Positions 1 to 9,851 of a stretch of DNA of 64,000 nucleotides are shown piece by piece. The notes under the pieces are model-generated. The model saw nothing but the letters and a program-made list of their open reading frames with translations. It searched no databases and was not told where the DNA came from. Numbering within the stretch: the first letter of the stretch is position 1; every line of letters starts with the position of its first letter. The stretch spans positions 40,654 through 104,653 of the forward strand of contig CAZGDX010000001.1 of the NCBI GenBank assembly GCA_964525225.1, written 5' to 3'. The translations under genes were made by a program, and so were the position numbers. Source of the DNA: an uncultured Gammaproteobacteria bacterium (lineage in GTDB: Bacteria; Patescibacteriota; Patescibacteriia; DYHP01).

Positions 1-189
1 AAGGAACGTATCCCCGAGAGCTGGAAGAAGAAAGATGTCATCGTCTTTGATGGTACTGAGTTGCAGAGCCCGCACGGCGACCGCTACGTTCTCTACCTGT
101 ACTGGTACGGCGTTGGGTGGGACTGGAACTACTACTGGCTTGGGAACGACTGGCGTGCTGGTTACCCGTCTGCGGTTCTCGCAAAGTAG
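1..189 (+). CDS. C-terminal fragment of a hypothetical protein (aromatic/Trp-Tyr-rich tail), gene truncated by window edge
   Basis: Open frame 1 runs from the window edge to TAG at 187-189. GC content is about 57%, against about 40% for neighbours, and codons are GC3-rich. A rho-independent terminator follows at 242-270. Confidence 0.3.
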   Translation, partial: KERIPESWKKKDVIVFDGTELQSPHGDRYVLYLYWYGVGWDWNYYWLGNDWRAGYPSAVLAK

Positions 190-241
190 TTCTTTGTTCT
201 TGAATTTTTGATTTTTTTGGTTTTTGACCCTTTATCTTTAG

Positions 242-270
242 CCCTTGGAATTTTTCCAAGGGTTTTTTAT
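242..270 (+). terminator. Rho-independent terminator (cccttggaatttttccaaggg + T-run)
   Basis: Perfect 8-bp stem and 5-nt loop followed by TTTTTT. The same hairpin sequence recurs at 56328-56355. Confidence 0.7.
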
Positions 271-275
271 ATATC

Positions 276-301
276 AAAAAACTCCCTCGCGGGAGTTTTT
301 T
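276..301. terminator. Bidirectional terminator hairpin (actccctcgcgggagt flanked by A-run/T-run) serving rpsA
   Basis: GC stem with an A-tract upstream and a T-tract downstream. It lies immediately 3' of the rpsA stop on the minus strand. Confidence 0.6.
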
Positions 302-308
302 GGTTTGC

Positions 309-1565
309 TTATTCTTTTGTTTCTTTAACAACTTCTTCTTTTACTTCTTCCACTTTTTCTTCAGCAGCTTCTTCTTTTACTTCCGTAGCTGCTTCTTCTG
401 TCTCTTCCGCTTTTTCTTTCTTTGATTTTTTTTCTTTTTTCGGTTTTTCCATTTTTTCGTCGCCCGCTTCTTCTTTCATTTGCTTCAAGCTCAAGCCAAG
501 ACGATGATATTCCGGTTCAATGGTAATAATTTTGAAATTCATCTTGTCGCCGGATTTGGCAATATCTTCAGGACGTTTTCCGCCTTCCAAACCGAGTTCG
601 GAAACGTGGGCAAGCCCATGAATATCGTGGTCAAGTTCCACAAAGAATCCGAATGGATTAGCTTTGAGTACCGTGCCTTCAACAATTTGTCCGATTTGGT
701 ATTTTTCGGCAATTTGCTTCCATGGGTCTTCCTTCAATTTTTTCATTGACAGGAATATTTTTGAACCTTCAATCCCGACGATTTGCGCTTTTATTGTTTC
801 GCCGACCTTCAAAAGGTCGCCCGGATGGTCAATGCGTTGCCAGGCAATTTCGGAAATATGGATTAAGCCCTCCAAATCGTCAAACTTCACGAAAGCTCCA
901 AAATCGGCAAGCGCGGAAATAACGCCTTCCACCATGTCCCCAACTTTGTATTTTTCAATAACTGATTTTTGTTCTTCTTCCCAGACGATTTTTTCCGAGA
1001 AAATCAATTTACCGTCGCCTTCGTCGGCATCCAGAATTTTAACTTTCATTTTTTGTCCGACAAAACCTTTTAATTTTTCAAGAATTTTTGCTTTATCGCC
1101 TCCGGAAACGCGCGGATAATTTTCCGGGCTTAATTGCGAGACCGGAATAAAACCAACCGCGCCCTCAAAAGACGCAATCAATCCGCCTTTGTTGGCTTCC
1201 GTGATTGTCGCGGCGATTGTTTCGCGTTTTTCTTTGGCTTCTTTTATCAAATCCCAGGCCTTTCTTTGACCGGCCGAGCGGAGCGATAGTTCCATTTCGC
1301 CATTTTCATTTTCCAATTCCAAAACCGTGGCCTCTATTTCTTCGCCGGGTTTAAGCATCGCGAGTGTCGGTTCTTCGGAAAGCTCGCGGCCTCGGACAAT
1401 GCCGGTGAAGCCGTTAATATCTATTTTAATTTCGCGCTTTGCGACGGAAATCACTTTACCTTTAACAATATCGCCTTCATTCGGAATGGCGAGATATGCT
1501 TTGTCGTTAAGCAATTTCTTTAATGCGCTGTCTTGCCCCAAAGGGGAGCTTTCAGCTTTAGACAT
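309..1565 (-). CDS. rpsA: 30S ribosomal protein S1 with Lys/Glu-rich C-terminal tail
   Basis: 418 aa with repeated S1 domains (GxxVxGxVxxIxxFGAFV motifs, e.g. the FGAFVKF segment). Confidence 0.88.
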   Translation of the reverse strand: MSKAESSPLGQDSALKKLLNDKAYLAIPNEGDIVKGKVISVAKREIKIDINGFTGIVRGRELSEEPTLAMLKPGEEIEATVLELENENGEMELSLRSAGQRKAWDLIKEAKEKRETIAATITEANKGGLIASFEGAVGFIPVSQLSPENYPRVSGGDKAKILEKLKGFVGQKMKVKILDADEGDGKLIFSEKIVWEEEQKSVIEKYKVGDMVEGVISALADFGAFVKFDDLEGLIHISEIAWQRIDHPGDLLKVGETIKAQIVGIEGSKIFLSMKKLKEDPWKQIAEKYQIGQIVEGTVLKANPFGFFVELDHDIHGLAHVSELGLEGGKRPEDIAKSGDKMNFKIITIEPEYHRLGLSLKQMKEEAGDEKMEKPKKEKKSKKEKAEETEEAATEVKEEAAEEKVEEVKEEVVKETKE

Positions 1566-1858
1566 AATTTAAGTATAAAAAAAAATATGTTAGCCCTTAT
1601 TCCGCCACAGGCGGATAGAGCCCCCGTTAGGGGATAAATTAGATTAATTAAGTTTGGTTTAATCTTAATACATTATTGGAAAATAGTCAAGATTTGGCGT
1701 CAAAATGCGGTTGAAATTACCTCTTGCGTGTTTTAAGCCAGCGTGATAAAATGTGGGTAGATTTTATAAGAAGATTTGACTTAAAGTAGATATAAAATTT
1801 CCATAGATTTTCACAGATAAAATCTGAAATCGTAAATCTTAAATCGTAAATTATATTT

Positions 1859-2506
1859 ATGGCTTTATCCATTACTTGGCACGGGCTTTCGTGCTTTGAA
1901 ATACAGACCAAGGTAGACAAAGAGGAATCAGTAGTTGTTACCGACCCGTACGATTCTTCGTCCGGACTTCGCGTTCCGCGCACTCTTGCCGCGGATATTG
2001 TGACAGTTTCAAAAGATAATCCGCTTTGCAACAATTTGGAAGCGATAAAAAGCGACGCGGTTGTTGTTAAAGCCCCGGGAGAATACGAAATAAAAGGAAT
2101 TTTTGTTTACGGTACCACATCTTCGCCGGAAAAGGGAAAAGACCAGACAATTTTTTATCGGTTTGAAATGGAGAATATTTCTCTTGTCCATCTCGGCGAT
2201 TTAAGTTACGAACCTTCAAACAAGGATTTGGAGGCACTTGGCGAACCGGATATTCTTTTCGTTCCGGTGAGCGGAGAAAAAACAATTGACATGAAAAAAA
2301 TTGCGGCCGTAGTTACCGCGCTTGACCCGCGGATTGTAATACCGATGAATTACGCGATTCCGAATTTAAAAATAAAACTTGACCCGGTGGAAAAATTTTT
2401 GAAAGAGATGGGAGTTAAAAATCAGGAAACAACCAAAAAAATTAAAGTTTCCAAAAAGGATTTAACCGGCGAAGAGATGAAAGTGGTGGTGCTGGATCGC
2501 GAGTAG
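1859..2506 (+). CDS. MBL-fold metal-dependent hydrolase (UPF0173-like)
   Basis: N-terminal ITWHGLSCF motif typical of beta-lactamase-fold hydrolases; 215 aa. Confidence 0.7.
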   Translation: MALSITWHGLSCFEIQTKVDKEESVVVTDPYDSSSGLRVPRTLAADIVTVSKDNPLCNNLEAIKSDAVVVKAPGEYEIKGIFVYGTTSSPEKGKDQTIFYRFEMENISLVHLGDLSYEPSNKDLEALGEPDILFVPVSGEKTIDMKKIAAVVTALDPRIVIPMNYAIPNLKIKLDPVEKFLKEMGVKNQETTKKIKVSKKDLTGEEMKVVVLDRE

Positions 2507-2592
2507 TTCATTTTAGATTTAAGATTTCTGATTTAAGATTTATTTAAAATAATTCGTAAATCGTAAATCGAAAATCATAAATAACTTATTCT

Positions 2593-2907
2593 ATGGAGGC
2601 GAAAAATAATCGTTTTTTAATCTATTTGTTGGTGGCCATAGTTGCCGGTTTTATATTTGTTTGCTGGCTGTATCTGTTGCCCTATATCATAAAACAAAAC
2701 AAAAATTTTAAAGACAATAAAAACGATTTTCAAAAAATCCACGAGGAAGCAAGGGGAACTTTGGATGAAGTGAGGGAGATGATAAAAAATATGGGCGAAA
2801 AAATTGAAGAATTGAAGACGGCCACGTCAACACAGGCGGCAGAAATTAAAAATCAGGACATAAATTTGTTAAAAGAAAAAATTTTGGAATTAAATTTGAA
2901 AAAATAA
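2593..2907 (+). CDS. hypothetical membrane-anchored coiled-coil protein
   Basis: N-terminal TM helix followed by a charged helical region; no family recognised. Confidence 0.4.
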   Translation: MEAKNNRFLIYLLVAIVAGFIFVCWLYLLPYIIKQNKNFKDNKNDFQKIHEEARGTLDEVREMIKNMGEKIEELKTATSTQAAEIKNQDINLLKEKILELNLKK

Positions 2908-2916
2908 CAGCAGTAT

Positions 2917-5400
2917 ATGGTTAGTAAAAAAGATGAAAAAACACCTCCAATGGAAGAAAAAATAAGCGATGCGAAAATTGTTAACCGTTCAATCGTTGAT
3001 GAGATGCAAGATTCCTATTTGGATTACGCAATGTCGGTAATCGTTTCGCGCGCGCTTCCGGATGTTCGCGACGGTTTAAAGCCGGTACACCGGAGAATTC
3101 TTTACGCAATGTGGAATATCGGGTTGAAAGCCGGAGCAAAGTTCAGAAAATCGGCGACTGTCGTCGGTGAAGTTCTTGGAAAATACCATCCTCACGGCGA
3201 TTCCGCGGTATACGAATCAATGGTCAGAATGGCCCAGGATTTTTCTTTGCGCTATCCGCTCGTGAACGGACAAGGAAACTTCGGCAGTTTGGATGGCGAC
3301 TCCGCGGCGGCTATGCGTTATACGGAAGCCAAGCTCACCGGAATCGCGGAAGAAATGCTTTTTGACCTTGAAAAAGATACAGTTGATTTTATTCCGAATT
3401 ATGACGGTTCAACAAAAGAACCGCAGGTCTTGCCGTCAAAACTTCCTAATTTGCTTTTAAACGGCACGATGGGCATTGCGGTCGGCATGGCGACAAATAT
3501 CCCGCCACACAATTTAGGAGAGTTGTGCGATGGCGCGGCGCATCTGATAGAAAATCCTAACGCTTCAATTGACGATTTGATGCAATTTATAAAAGGACCG
3601 GATTTTCCGACTGGCGGCATAATTTATGGGGCAAAAGATATCGCGCAGGCATACGCATGCGGAAAGGGCGGGGTGGTGGTGCGCGCGAAAACGGAAATTT
3701 CCGAAACCAAACAAGGGCATTTTCAGATTATTGTTTCCGAAATTCCTTACGCGGTCAATAAAGCGTCTCTTTTGGAAAAAATTGCCAATTTGGTTAATGA
3801 AAAGAAAATAGAGGGCATCCGCGATTTGCGCGATGAATCCAATAAAGACGGCTTGCGTATTGTTGTTGATTTGAAAAAAGACGCGTATCCGAAAAAAGTT
3901 TTAAACAAACTTTATCTTTCCACGCAGCTTCAAGATACTTTTCATTTCAATACGCTTGCGCTTGTTGACGGAATTCCGCGCATGCTCACGTTGAAAATGA
4001 TGCTTGAAGAATATCTCAAACACAGAGAAGTCGTAATTAAAAGGCGGACTAATTTTGAACTTCAAAAGGCAAAAGACAGAGCGCATATTTTAGAGGGTTT
4101 AAAAATCGCCATTCTTAAAATTGACCAAGTTATCTCTACGATTAAAAAATCCCGCGACAAAGATGAAGCGCGCGTTAATTTGATGAAAAAATTTAAGTTT
4201 TCCGAACCACAAACGCTCGCGATTTTGGAAATGCGCTTGCAGCAGCTTGCCAATATGGAACGCGTAAAAGTTGAGCAGGAATTGAAGGAAAAGAAAGAAC
4301 TGATAAAAGAACTGACTGATATTTTATCATCTCCGAAAAAAATAATGGCAGTGGTAAAAAAAGAAATAGTGGAAATAAAGGAAAAATATGCCGACGAACG
4401 AAGAACGCAAATTATTTCCCACGCGGTAAAAGAATTTTCCGCGGAAGATGTTATTCCGAACGAACCGACAATCATAATGATTACAAATGACGGGTACATA
4501 AAACGTTTGCCGCCGGATACTTTCCGCACTCAAGCGCGCGGAGGCAAAGGTGTTTCCGGACTTGCCATAAAAGAAGAAGACGTTGTTGAAGAAGTGAAGG
4601 CGACTATGACTCACGCCGACTTGCTTTTCTTTACCACTAGAGGGCGGGTATTTGAATTGAAAGCGTATGATGTTCCGGCTGCCTCCAGAATTTCCAAAGG
4701 GCAGGCATTGGTAAACTTTTTACAGCTCGGACCGAATGAAAAGGTCTCGGAAATGCTTTCCATTGAGGACTTGAAAGAATATAAATATTTGGTGATGACT
4801 ACGGCTATGGGCGTTGTGAAGAAAGTTGATATTAACGCTTTTGTAAATGTCCGCCGGTCCGGTCTTATCGCGCTGAAATTGCATGATGAAGATGTTCTTG
4901 GTTGGGTAAAACCGTCAACCGGAAGCGATGAGGTGGTAATTATCACATCGCTCGGTCAATCCATAAAATTTAAAGAAAAAGACGTGAGAGAAATGGGCAG
5001 AAATGCCGCCGGAGTGCGCGGTATCCGTTTGAAAAAGAACGACAAGGTCGTTGGTATGGATATAGTGGACCCGGCGCTCGTAAAAAAAGATGTCTTGGAA
5101 CTTTTCGTGGTAAGCCAGAATGGTTTTGGAAAACGCACGGGTCTTAAAAGTTATAAAACCCAGCATCGCGGCGGTTCAGGAATCAAGACCTCCAAAGTAA
5201 CTCCAAAAACCGGAAAGCTGGTAAGCGGATATATTACCAATTCCGAAGACGAACGCGACGTGATAATAATTTCCGATAAAGGGCAAGTTATTAGAATTCC
5301 GTTTTCAAGCATTTCTGTTATTGGTCGCGCGACCCAGGGTGTCTGTCTGATGAAATTCAAGGCCAAAGGAGATGAAATTGCCAGCGTGACAATCATTTAA
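2917..5400 (+). CDS. gyrA: DNA gyrase subunit A
   Basis: [32 protein letters not shown] active-site region; 827 aa. Confidence 0.95.
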   Translation: MVSKKDEKTPPMEEKISDAKIVNRSIVDEMQDSYLDYAMSVIVSRALPDVRDGLKPVHRRILYAMWNIGLKAGAKFRKSATVVGEVLGKYHPHGDSAVYESMVRMAQDFSLRYPLVNGQGNFGSLDGDSAAAMRYTEAKLTGIAEEMLFDLEKDTVDFIPNYDGSTKEPQVLPSKLPNLLLNGTMGIAVGMATNIPPHNLGELCDGAAHLIENPNASIDDLMQFIKGPDFPTGGIIYGAKDIAQAYACGKGGVVVRAKTEISETKQGHFQIIVSEIPYAVNKASLLEKIANLVNEKKIEGIRDLRDESNKDGLRIVVDLKKDAYPKKVLNKLYLSTQLQDTFHFNTLALVDGIPRMLTLKMMLEEYLKHREVVIKRRTNFELQKAKDRAHILEGLKIAILKIDQVISTIKKSRDKDEARVNLMKKFKFSEPQTLAILEMRLQQLANMERVKVEQELKEKKELIKELTDILSSPKKIMAVVKKEIVEIKEKYADERRTQIISHAVKEFSAEDVIPNEPTIIMITNDGYIKRLPPDTFRTQARGGKGVSGLAIKEEDVVEEVKATMTHADLLFFTTRGRVFELKAYDVPAASRISKGQALVNFLQLGPNEKVSEMLSIEDLKEYKYLVMTTAMGVVKKVDINAFVNVRRSGLIALKLHDEDVLGWVKPSTGSDEVVIITSLGQSIKFKEKDVREMGRNAAGVRGIRLKKNDKVVGMDIVDPALVKKDVLELFVVSQNGFGKRTGLKSYKTQHRGGSGIKTSKVTPKTGKLVSGYITNSEDERDVIIISDKGQVIRIPFSSISVIGRATQGVCLMKFKAKGDEIASVTII

Positions 5401-5449
5401 TCACAGGTTTTTTCCACGCGGATAATGCCGATTGAAAATTGGCGTAAAA

Positions 5450-5473
5450 AATCCCCCATAGAAATGTGGGGGA
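5450..5473. terminator. bidirectional terminator hairpin (tcccccat agaa atgggggga)
   Basis: GC stem between the convergent gyrA gene and the small minus-strand ORF, flanked by A-run and T-run. Confidence 0.6.
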
Positions 5474-5483
5474 TTAATTGTGT

Positions 5484-5634
5484 TAATTATTTTCTCTGTA
5501 TGTCCGATTTTCCATTTCTTTTTTTAAGTTTTCTTCTCTGTGGCTCCTTTTGATTTTTGCCAGAATAATTGTAGCCAGGATAATAAAGCTGATAATTAAG
5601 CACATGGCAATAACTGCCTGCATTGTATTTTCCT
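5484..5634 (-). CDS. small hydrophobic membrane protein (49 aa), hypothetical
   Basis: ATG preceded by GGAGG at 8-nt spacing. Single TM helix (MQAVIAMCLIISFIILATIILAK). Not in the ORF track (under 60 aa). Confidence 0.35.
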
Positions 5635-5759
5635 CCGTTGATTTTTTTGTACTATGATATTTTTATCACAGAACCGCCATCTTGTCAAAATTAAAAAAAA
5701 GGTATATGATAAAAATGAATTAACAATTATCAAATTAAAACTGAAAATTAATATATAAT

Positions 5760-5963
5760 ATGCCTTTACCAAAAAAACGACATCCAAGTTCACGCAAACG
5801 GAGAAGGGCGGCGCATTTTGCTTTAAAAAAAGTAAATGTTGCAACTTGTCCGAAATGCAAGCAAGCGATTATGCCGCACACAGCTTGCTCTTTTTGCGGA
5901 ACTTATAAAAATAGAGAAGTGGTCAAACCCCGTGTTAAAGCGAAGAAAACAAGCAAGAAATAA
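5760..5963 (+). CDS. rpmF: 50S ribosomal protein L32
   Basis: MPLPKKRHPSSRKRRRAAH...CPKC...C.FCG: the L32 signature with a zinc ribbon. Confidence 0.9.
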   Translation: MPLPKKRHPSSRKRRRAAHFALKKVNVATCPKCKQAIMPHTACSFCGTYKNREVVKPRVKAKKTSKK

Positions 5964-6062
5964 ATTTTAACTTTGTGAGTTTTTCGTAAAGTTAAAATGT
6001 TAAATTGTTAAATATTGAGCGTTAAAACAATTTAACAATGAAACGATTTAACATTTGGATTT

Positions 6063-6521
6063 ATGTCTAGCCGCCATCTATCAAGGACAATCGCCATGCA
6101 ATCCCTTTATGAATGGGATTTTAAGGGCAAAATTAAAAACGAGCTGTCCACGATTGTAAAACACAATCTTGTTGAATTTGCGCCTGGAATCAAAGATGAT
6201 GCTTTTACTCGCGATCTTGCCGATGGAGTTTTGCGACACCTGGAAGAAATAGACGCATTGATTAAAAAATACGCCACCCAATGGCCCATAGACCAGATAA
6301 CTACGATAGACCGCAATGTTTTGCGTCTTGGAATTTTTGAACTTGTTTTTTATGAAAATACACCGTCGCGAGTCGCGATAAACGAAGCGATAGAAGTGGC
6401 AAAAAGTTTTGGCGGAGAATCTTCGGGGAAATTTATTAACGGCGTTCTTGGAGCGATATATAAAGACAGGATGGACGCGGGTCAAATAAAAGAGGCGGAT
6501 AAAGAGACAAAAATAAATTAA
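6063..6521 (+). CDS. nusB: transcription antitermination factor NusB
   Basis: AMQSLYEWDF... NusB fold signature; 152 aa. Confidence 0.85.
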   Translation: MSSRHLSRTIAMQSLYEWDFKGKIKNELSTIVKHNLVEFAPGIKDDAFTRDLADGVLRHLEEIDALIKKYATQWPIDQITTIDRNVLRLGIFELVFYENTPSRVAINEAIEVAKSFGGESSGKFINGVLGAIYKDRMDAGQIKEADKETKIN

Positions 6522-6645
6522 TTCAAATATCATGCGAATGGTATGCGAATGCCGCGAATAGTGAAATGCGCGAAGCGCGCATGGATAATTTGTGTCATTC
6601 GTATGTATTTGTGTGATATTGGCATCAAACGATGCTAATCGTACT

Positions 6646-7335
6646 ATGAAAGATTTTTCTAATTTGGAAAAAAAATTGGGGGTATCTTTTAAAAATCAAG
6701 ATTTGTTAATTCAGGCGCTTACGCACCGTTCGTATATAAACGAACACCCGTCGTTCCGTCTTGGGCACAATGAACGCCTGGAATTTTTGGGCGACGCGGT
6801 TTTGGAATTGGTGGTGACTGAAAATCTTTATAACAATTATCCGAATCCGGAAGGAGAGCTTACAAATTGGCGCGCCAGTTTGGTAAACGCCATAATGCTG
6901 TCAAAAATTTGTCGGGATATTGAAGTTGAAGAATTTTTATTGCTTTCCAAGGGGGAATCAAAAGACAAGAAAAGCAAAGCGCGGCAGTATATTTTAGCTA
7001 ACGCTTTTGAAGCGATTATTGGCGCTATTTATTTGGACGGCGGATATGAAACCGCCAAAGAATTTATTTTAAAAAACGTGGTAAAAGAACTTCAAAATAT
7101 TTTGGAGAAAAAACTTTACCTAGACCCAAAAAGCAACTTTCAGGAGATGGCGCAGGAGAGAGTCGGCATTACTCCATCTTATCGTGTTTTGGAAGAAACC
7201 GGTCCGGACCATGCTAAAAATTTTAAAGTGGGAGTTTATCTGGAAGACGAGCTTGTCGCCACAGGTGAAGGTTCGTCAAAACAGGAGGCGCAGGTGGAGG
7301 CGGCGACAAAAGCGATTGAGGCAAAACAGTGGTAA
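6646..7335 (+). CDS. rnc: ribonuclease III
   Basis: ALTHRSY...ERLEFLGDAVLELVV RNase III signature plus a C-terminal dsRBD. Start chosen at the internal ATG (MKDFSNLEKKLG) rather than the longer ORF start at 6592. Confidence 0.88.
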   Translation: MKDFSNLEKKLGVSFKNQDLLIQALTHRSYINEHPSFRLGHNERLEFLGDAVLELVVTENLYNNYPNPEGELTNWRASLVNAIMLSKICRDIEVEEFLLLSKGESKDKKSKARQYILANAFEAIIGAIYLDGGYETAKEFILKNVVKELQNILEKKLYLDPKSNFQEMAQERVGITPSYRVLEETGPDHAKNFKVGVYLEDELVATGEGSSKQEAQVEAATKAIEAKQW

Positions 7336-7481
7336 AATAGAATAAAATTCGAAATTTAAATATCGAAATCCGAAACAAATTCAAAATACAAAAATTAAAA
7401 TGTTTTAAACACGTTTTGAATTTTGAAAATTAGATATTGTTTCGTATTTAGGATTTCGCATTTCGAATTTTTTGTTAAACT

Positions 7482-8519
7482 ATGTCGTTAAATGTTTTAT
7501 TTAAAGTCGTGGAAAAACGGAATGCCTCTGATTTGCATTTGGTTGTCGGGCTTCCGCCGGTTTTACGCGTGGACGGCGAGCTGGAAGAAATCCAGGCGCA
7601 TACCGCGCTTACCGAAAAATCAATCAAAGAATTGGTTTTCGGAATTTTGGACCGCGAGCAGGAAGAAAAATTTGAGCGGGAAAAAGAATTGGATTTCGCG
7701 CACGAGATAGAAAACGGAACGCGTTTCCGCGTTAATATATTTTTTGAAAAAGGAAATATAAGTTTGGCGGCTCGCTTGATTCCGCAGGAAATTCCGACAA
7801 TGGAATCTTTGGAAATGCCGGAAGTGGCATACGATTTAGCGCGCAAACCGCACGGTTTGGTTCTGGTAACTGGTCCGACCGGCTCCGGAAAATCAACCAC
7901 GCTCGCGGCAATGATTGATTTGATTAACAAAGAAGAAAACGTTAATATCATAACTCTTGAAGACCCGATAGAATTTTTATTCAAGCCGGAAAAAGCAATA
8001 ATCAGGCAAAGGCAGGTTGGTTTTGACACTTCCAATTTTGCCGATTCGCTCCGCAGAGTTTTACGCCAGGACCCGGATGTCGTAATGGTGGGAGAAATGC
8101 GCGATTTGGAAACAATCGCCACCGCGCTGACATTGGCGGAAACCGGGCATTTGGTTTTTGCCACGCTTCATACTTGGAGCGCGGCGCAGACCATAGACCG
8201 CATAATAGACAGTTTTCCGGCGCATCAGCAAACACAAATTCGTTTGCAACTCGCGCTTACTCTTCGTGGAATTATTTCTCAGCAATTATTACCGCAAATC
8301 GGAGGCGGACGGGTGGCGGCGCGCGAGATTTTGGTAAATACTCCGGCAGTGGCAAATATGGTCCGTGAAAATAAAATTGTTCAGATAAATACTATTTTAG
8401 AAACTAACGCCAAACTTGGAATGGTAAGTTTGCGCCAGGATTTGCGTCGGCTTTTGAAAGAAAAAAGAATTGAAAAAGAAATCGCGGAAACATACGCAAT
8501 GGGAGAGATAGAAGAATAG
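7482..8519 (+). CDS. pilT: type IV pilus retraction ATPase PilT
   Basis: GPTGSGKSTTLAAMI Walker A and DPIEF...RQDPD motifs; about 345 aa, typical of PilT. Confidence 0.88.
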   Translation: MSLNVLFKVVEKRNASDLHLVVGLPPVLRVDGELEEIQAHTALTEKSIKELVFGILDREQEEKFEREKELDFAHEIENGTRFRVNIFFEKGNISLAARLIPQEIPTMESLEMPEVAYDLARKPHGLVLVTGPTGSGKSTTLAAMIDLINKEENVNIITLEDPIEFLFKPEKAIIRQRQVGFDTSNFADSLRRVLRQDPDVVMVGEMRDLETIATALTLAETGHLVFATLHTWSAAQTIDRIIDSFPAHQQTQIRLQLALTLRGIISQQLLPQIGGGRVAAREILVNTPAVANMVRENKIVQINTILETNAKLGMVSLRQDLRRLLKEKRIEKEIAETYAMGEIEE

Positions 8520-8530
8520 CTGGACATCGT

Positions 8531-8568
8531 GGTAGGGGACAGGCATGCCTGTTCCCTACATTTGTTTA
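8531..8568 (+). terminator. Rho-independent terminator after pilT
   Basis: taggggacagg-catg-cctgttcccta stem followed by atttgttt. Confidence 0.65.
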
Positions 8569-8578
8569 AGAACAGGAA

Positions 8579-8607
8579 TTGACAAAATTGCCATTTGGAG
8601 TTATAAT
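8579..8607 (+). promoter_or_regulatory. consensus sigma70-type promoter (TTGACA-17-TATAAT) for the tRNA-Arg/tRNA-Lys transcript
   Basis: Exact TTGACA at 8579-8584, 17-nt spacer, TATAAT at 8602-8607. Confidence 0.7.
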
Positions 8608-8674
8608 AAACATAAATTCTTTACATCTTCAACCCGGCGGATAGAGCATTGATTTCCTGCCCGCCACGGCCTGA

Positions 8675-8746
8675 GCCCTTGTAGCTTAATGGATAAAGTA
8701 GCGGTCTTCGGAACCGCTGATGTAGGTTCGATTCCTACCAAGGGCA
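8675..8746 (+). tRNA. tRNA-Arg (anticodon TCG)
   Basis: Manual cloverleaf: acceptor gcccttg/caagggc, anticodon stem gcggt/accgc, loop cttcgga, T-arm gtagg-ttcgatt-cctac, 4-nt variable loop. No encoded CCA. Confidence 0.85.
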
Positions 8747-8816
8747 TAGGCGATGGCAGGTGTGTTGAGGATTGGCAATCAGGGTTTGATTTTATCAGGA
8801 TGCTGTAAATAATTAC

Positions 8817-8889
8817 GCGCCCATAGCTCAATTGGCAGAGCAGATCCCTCTTAAGGATAAGGTTACAGGTTCGATTCCTGTTGGGCGCA
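8817..8889 (+). tRNA. tRNA-Lys (anticodon CTT)
   Basis: Acceptor gcgccca/tgggcgc, anticodon loop ctcttaa, T-arm acagg-ttcgatt-cctgt; 73 nt. Confidence 0.85.
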
Positions 8890-8940
8890 TTTTTGTTTAT
8901 TTAATTTTAAAAATACCCCGGATAAGCCGGGGTATTATTG

Positions 8941-9486
8941 TCAGATTGGTTCGTCTGTTGGTTCCGAGGTTCCTGATTCTGCCGGAGCCGGGTCGGATAC
9001 TTCTTCATAGTTGATGTTTTCGGGGTCAACTCCGTACATCATAAGCGCAAAAATAATTGCCAGCGCGCGGTCGCGGTTTATGCTGTTGTCGCCGGTTTCC
9101 GATATGGAAATAATGGAAATTCCCTGTAAATGGGAAGCCCGGTTGATGACCTCCGCGATAAGCCGAAGATTAATGTCAAGTTCGCTGGAAATGGCGGTAT
9201 TGGTATGGTTGCCAAAATCCGCAAAAAATGATAATCCGCCTTGTGTCATTTGGCCATTTCTGTCAACTACGACAACTCCAACCAAAATCCCGAGACCGCG
9301 TTGCCACATGTTTTCATCGTCCAGACGCGGGATCGTGCCGGAAAGCCGCGCCTCAATCGTTTCAATCTCGTTGGGTGTGATTTCGGCATCCGGAATACTG
9401 GAAATGGTTTGCCGCTGTTGTCCGGCGCATCCGCAGAAAATAACGAAAATAAGCGTAAAAATCAGGAACAAAGCGGCGTTTTTCAT
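8941..9486 (-). CDS. hypothetical secreted lipoprotein
   Basis: Signal peptide ending in the lipobox-like FCGCAG; RBS AAGGAG upstream; no recognised domain. Confidence 0.5.
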   Translation of the reverse strand: MKNAALFLIFTLIFVIFCGCAGQQRQTISSIPDAEITPNEIETIEARLSGTIPRLDDENMWQRGLGILVGVVVVDRNGQMTQGGLSFFADFGNHTNTAISSELDINLRLIAEVINRASHLQGISIISISETGDNSINRDRALAIIFALMMYGVDPENINYEEVSDPAPAESGTSEPTDEPI

Positions 9487-9684
9487 TTTCTCTTCTCCTT
9501 TTTTGTTTTCTCTCTTTACAGAGAGATTTTTAAATTTAGGCGGTTTTTAAAGGTCTATTTTGTTTTATCTTATATCTTATGAGTTTATTCGTCAAGTGTA
9601 ATAAAGGCCCCAGAAGTTTAGTTTTAAAATGGCTTAATTTAGCTAATAATTCGTGTTGACATTGATGGTTTGCCGTACACCCTC

Positions 9685-9713
9685 TTGACAAATTTTTTAA
9701 AATATGCTATATT
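9685..9713 (+). promoter_or_regulatory. consensus promoter TTGACA-17-TATATT for the tRNA cluster
   Basis: TTGACA at 9685-9690, 17-nt spacer, TATATT at 9708-9713, about 30 nt upstream of tRNA-Leu. Confidence 0.7.
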
Positions 9714-9744
9714 ACTTTGATACTTACAATACAAGTGAGTACCG

Positions 9745-9830
9745 GCTGAGATGGCGAAATGGCAGACGCCGGGCGCTTAAAACGCCCTGTCCCTCGGGAC
9801 GTGCGGGTTCAAATCCCGCTCTCGGCACCA
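9745..9830 (+). tRNA. tRNA-Leu (anticodon TAA), class II with long variable arm, CCA encoded
   Basis: Anticodon stem gggcg/cgccc, loop cttaaaa, variable arm tgtccctcgggacgt, T-arm gcggg-ttcaaat-cccgc, 3' end ...tctcggcacca. Confidence 0.85.
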
Positions 9831-9851
9831 AAAGACGGATTTTATCCGTCT

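Noticed and set aside
1606-1617. 12-mer GGCGGATAGAGC shared between the rpsA upstream region and the tRNA-Arg leader (8637-8648)
   Set aside because: In 64 kb on both strands, several hundred chance 12-mer pairs are expected. There is no extended similarity around it.
8601-8831. 76-aa minus-strand ORF spanning the tRNA-Arg/tRNA-Lys genes
   Set aside because: It overlaps two well-folded tRNAs and the consensus promoter, and has no RBS; it is spurious.
9011-9582. Plus-strand ORFs of 179 and 113 aa overlapping the lipoprotein gene and the tRNA promoter region
   Set aside because: Antisense to a gene that has a signal peptide and an RBS, with no start context of their own.
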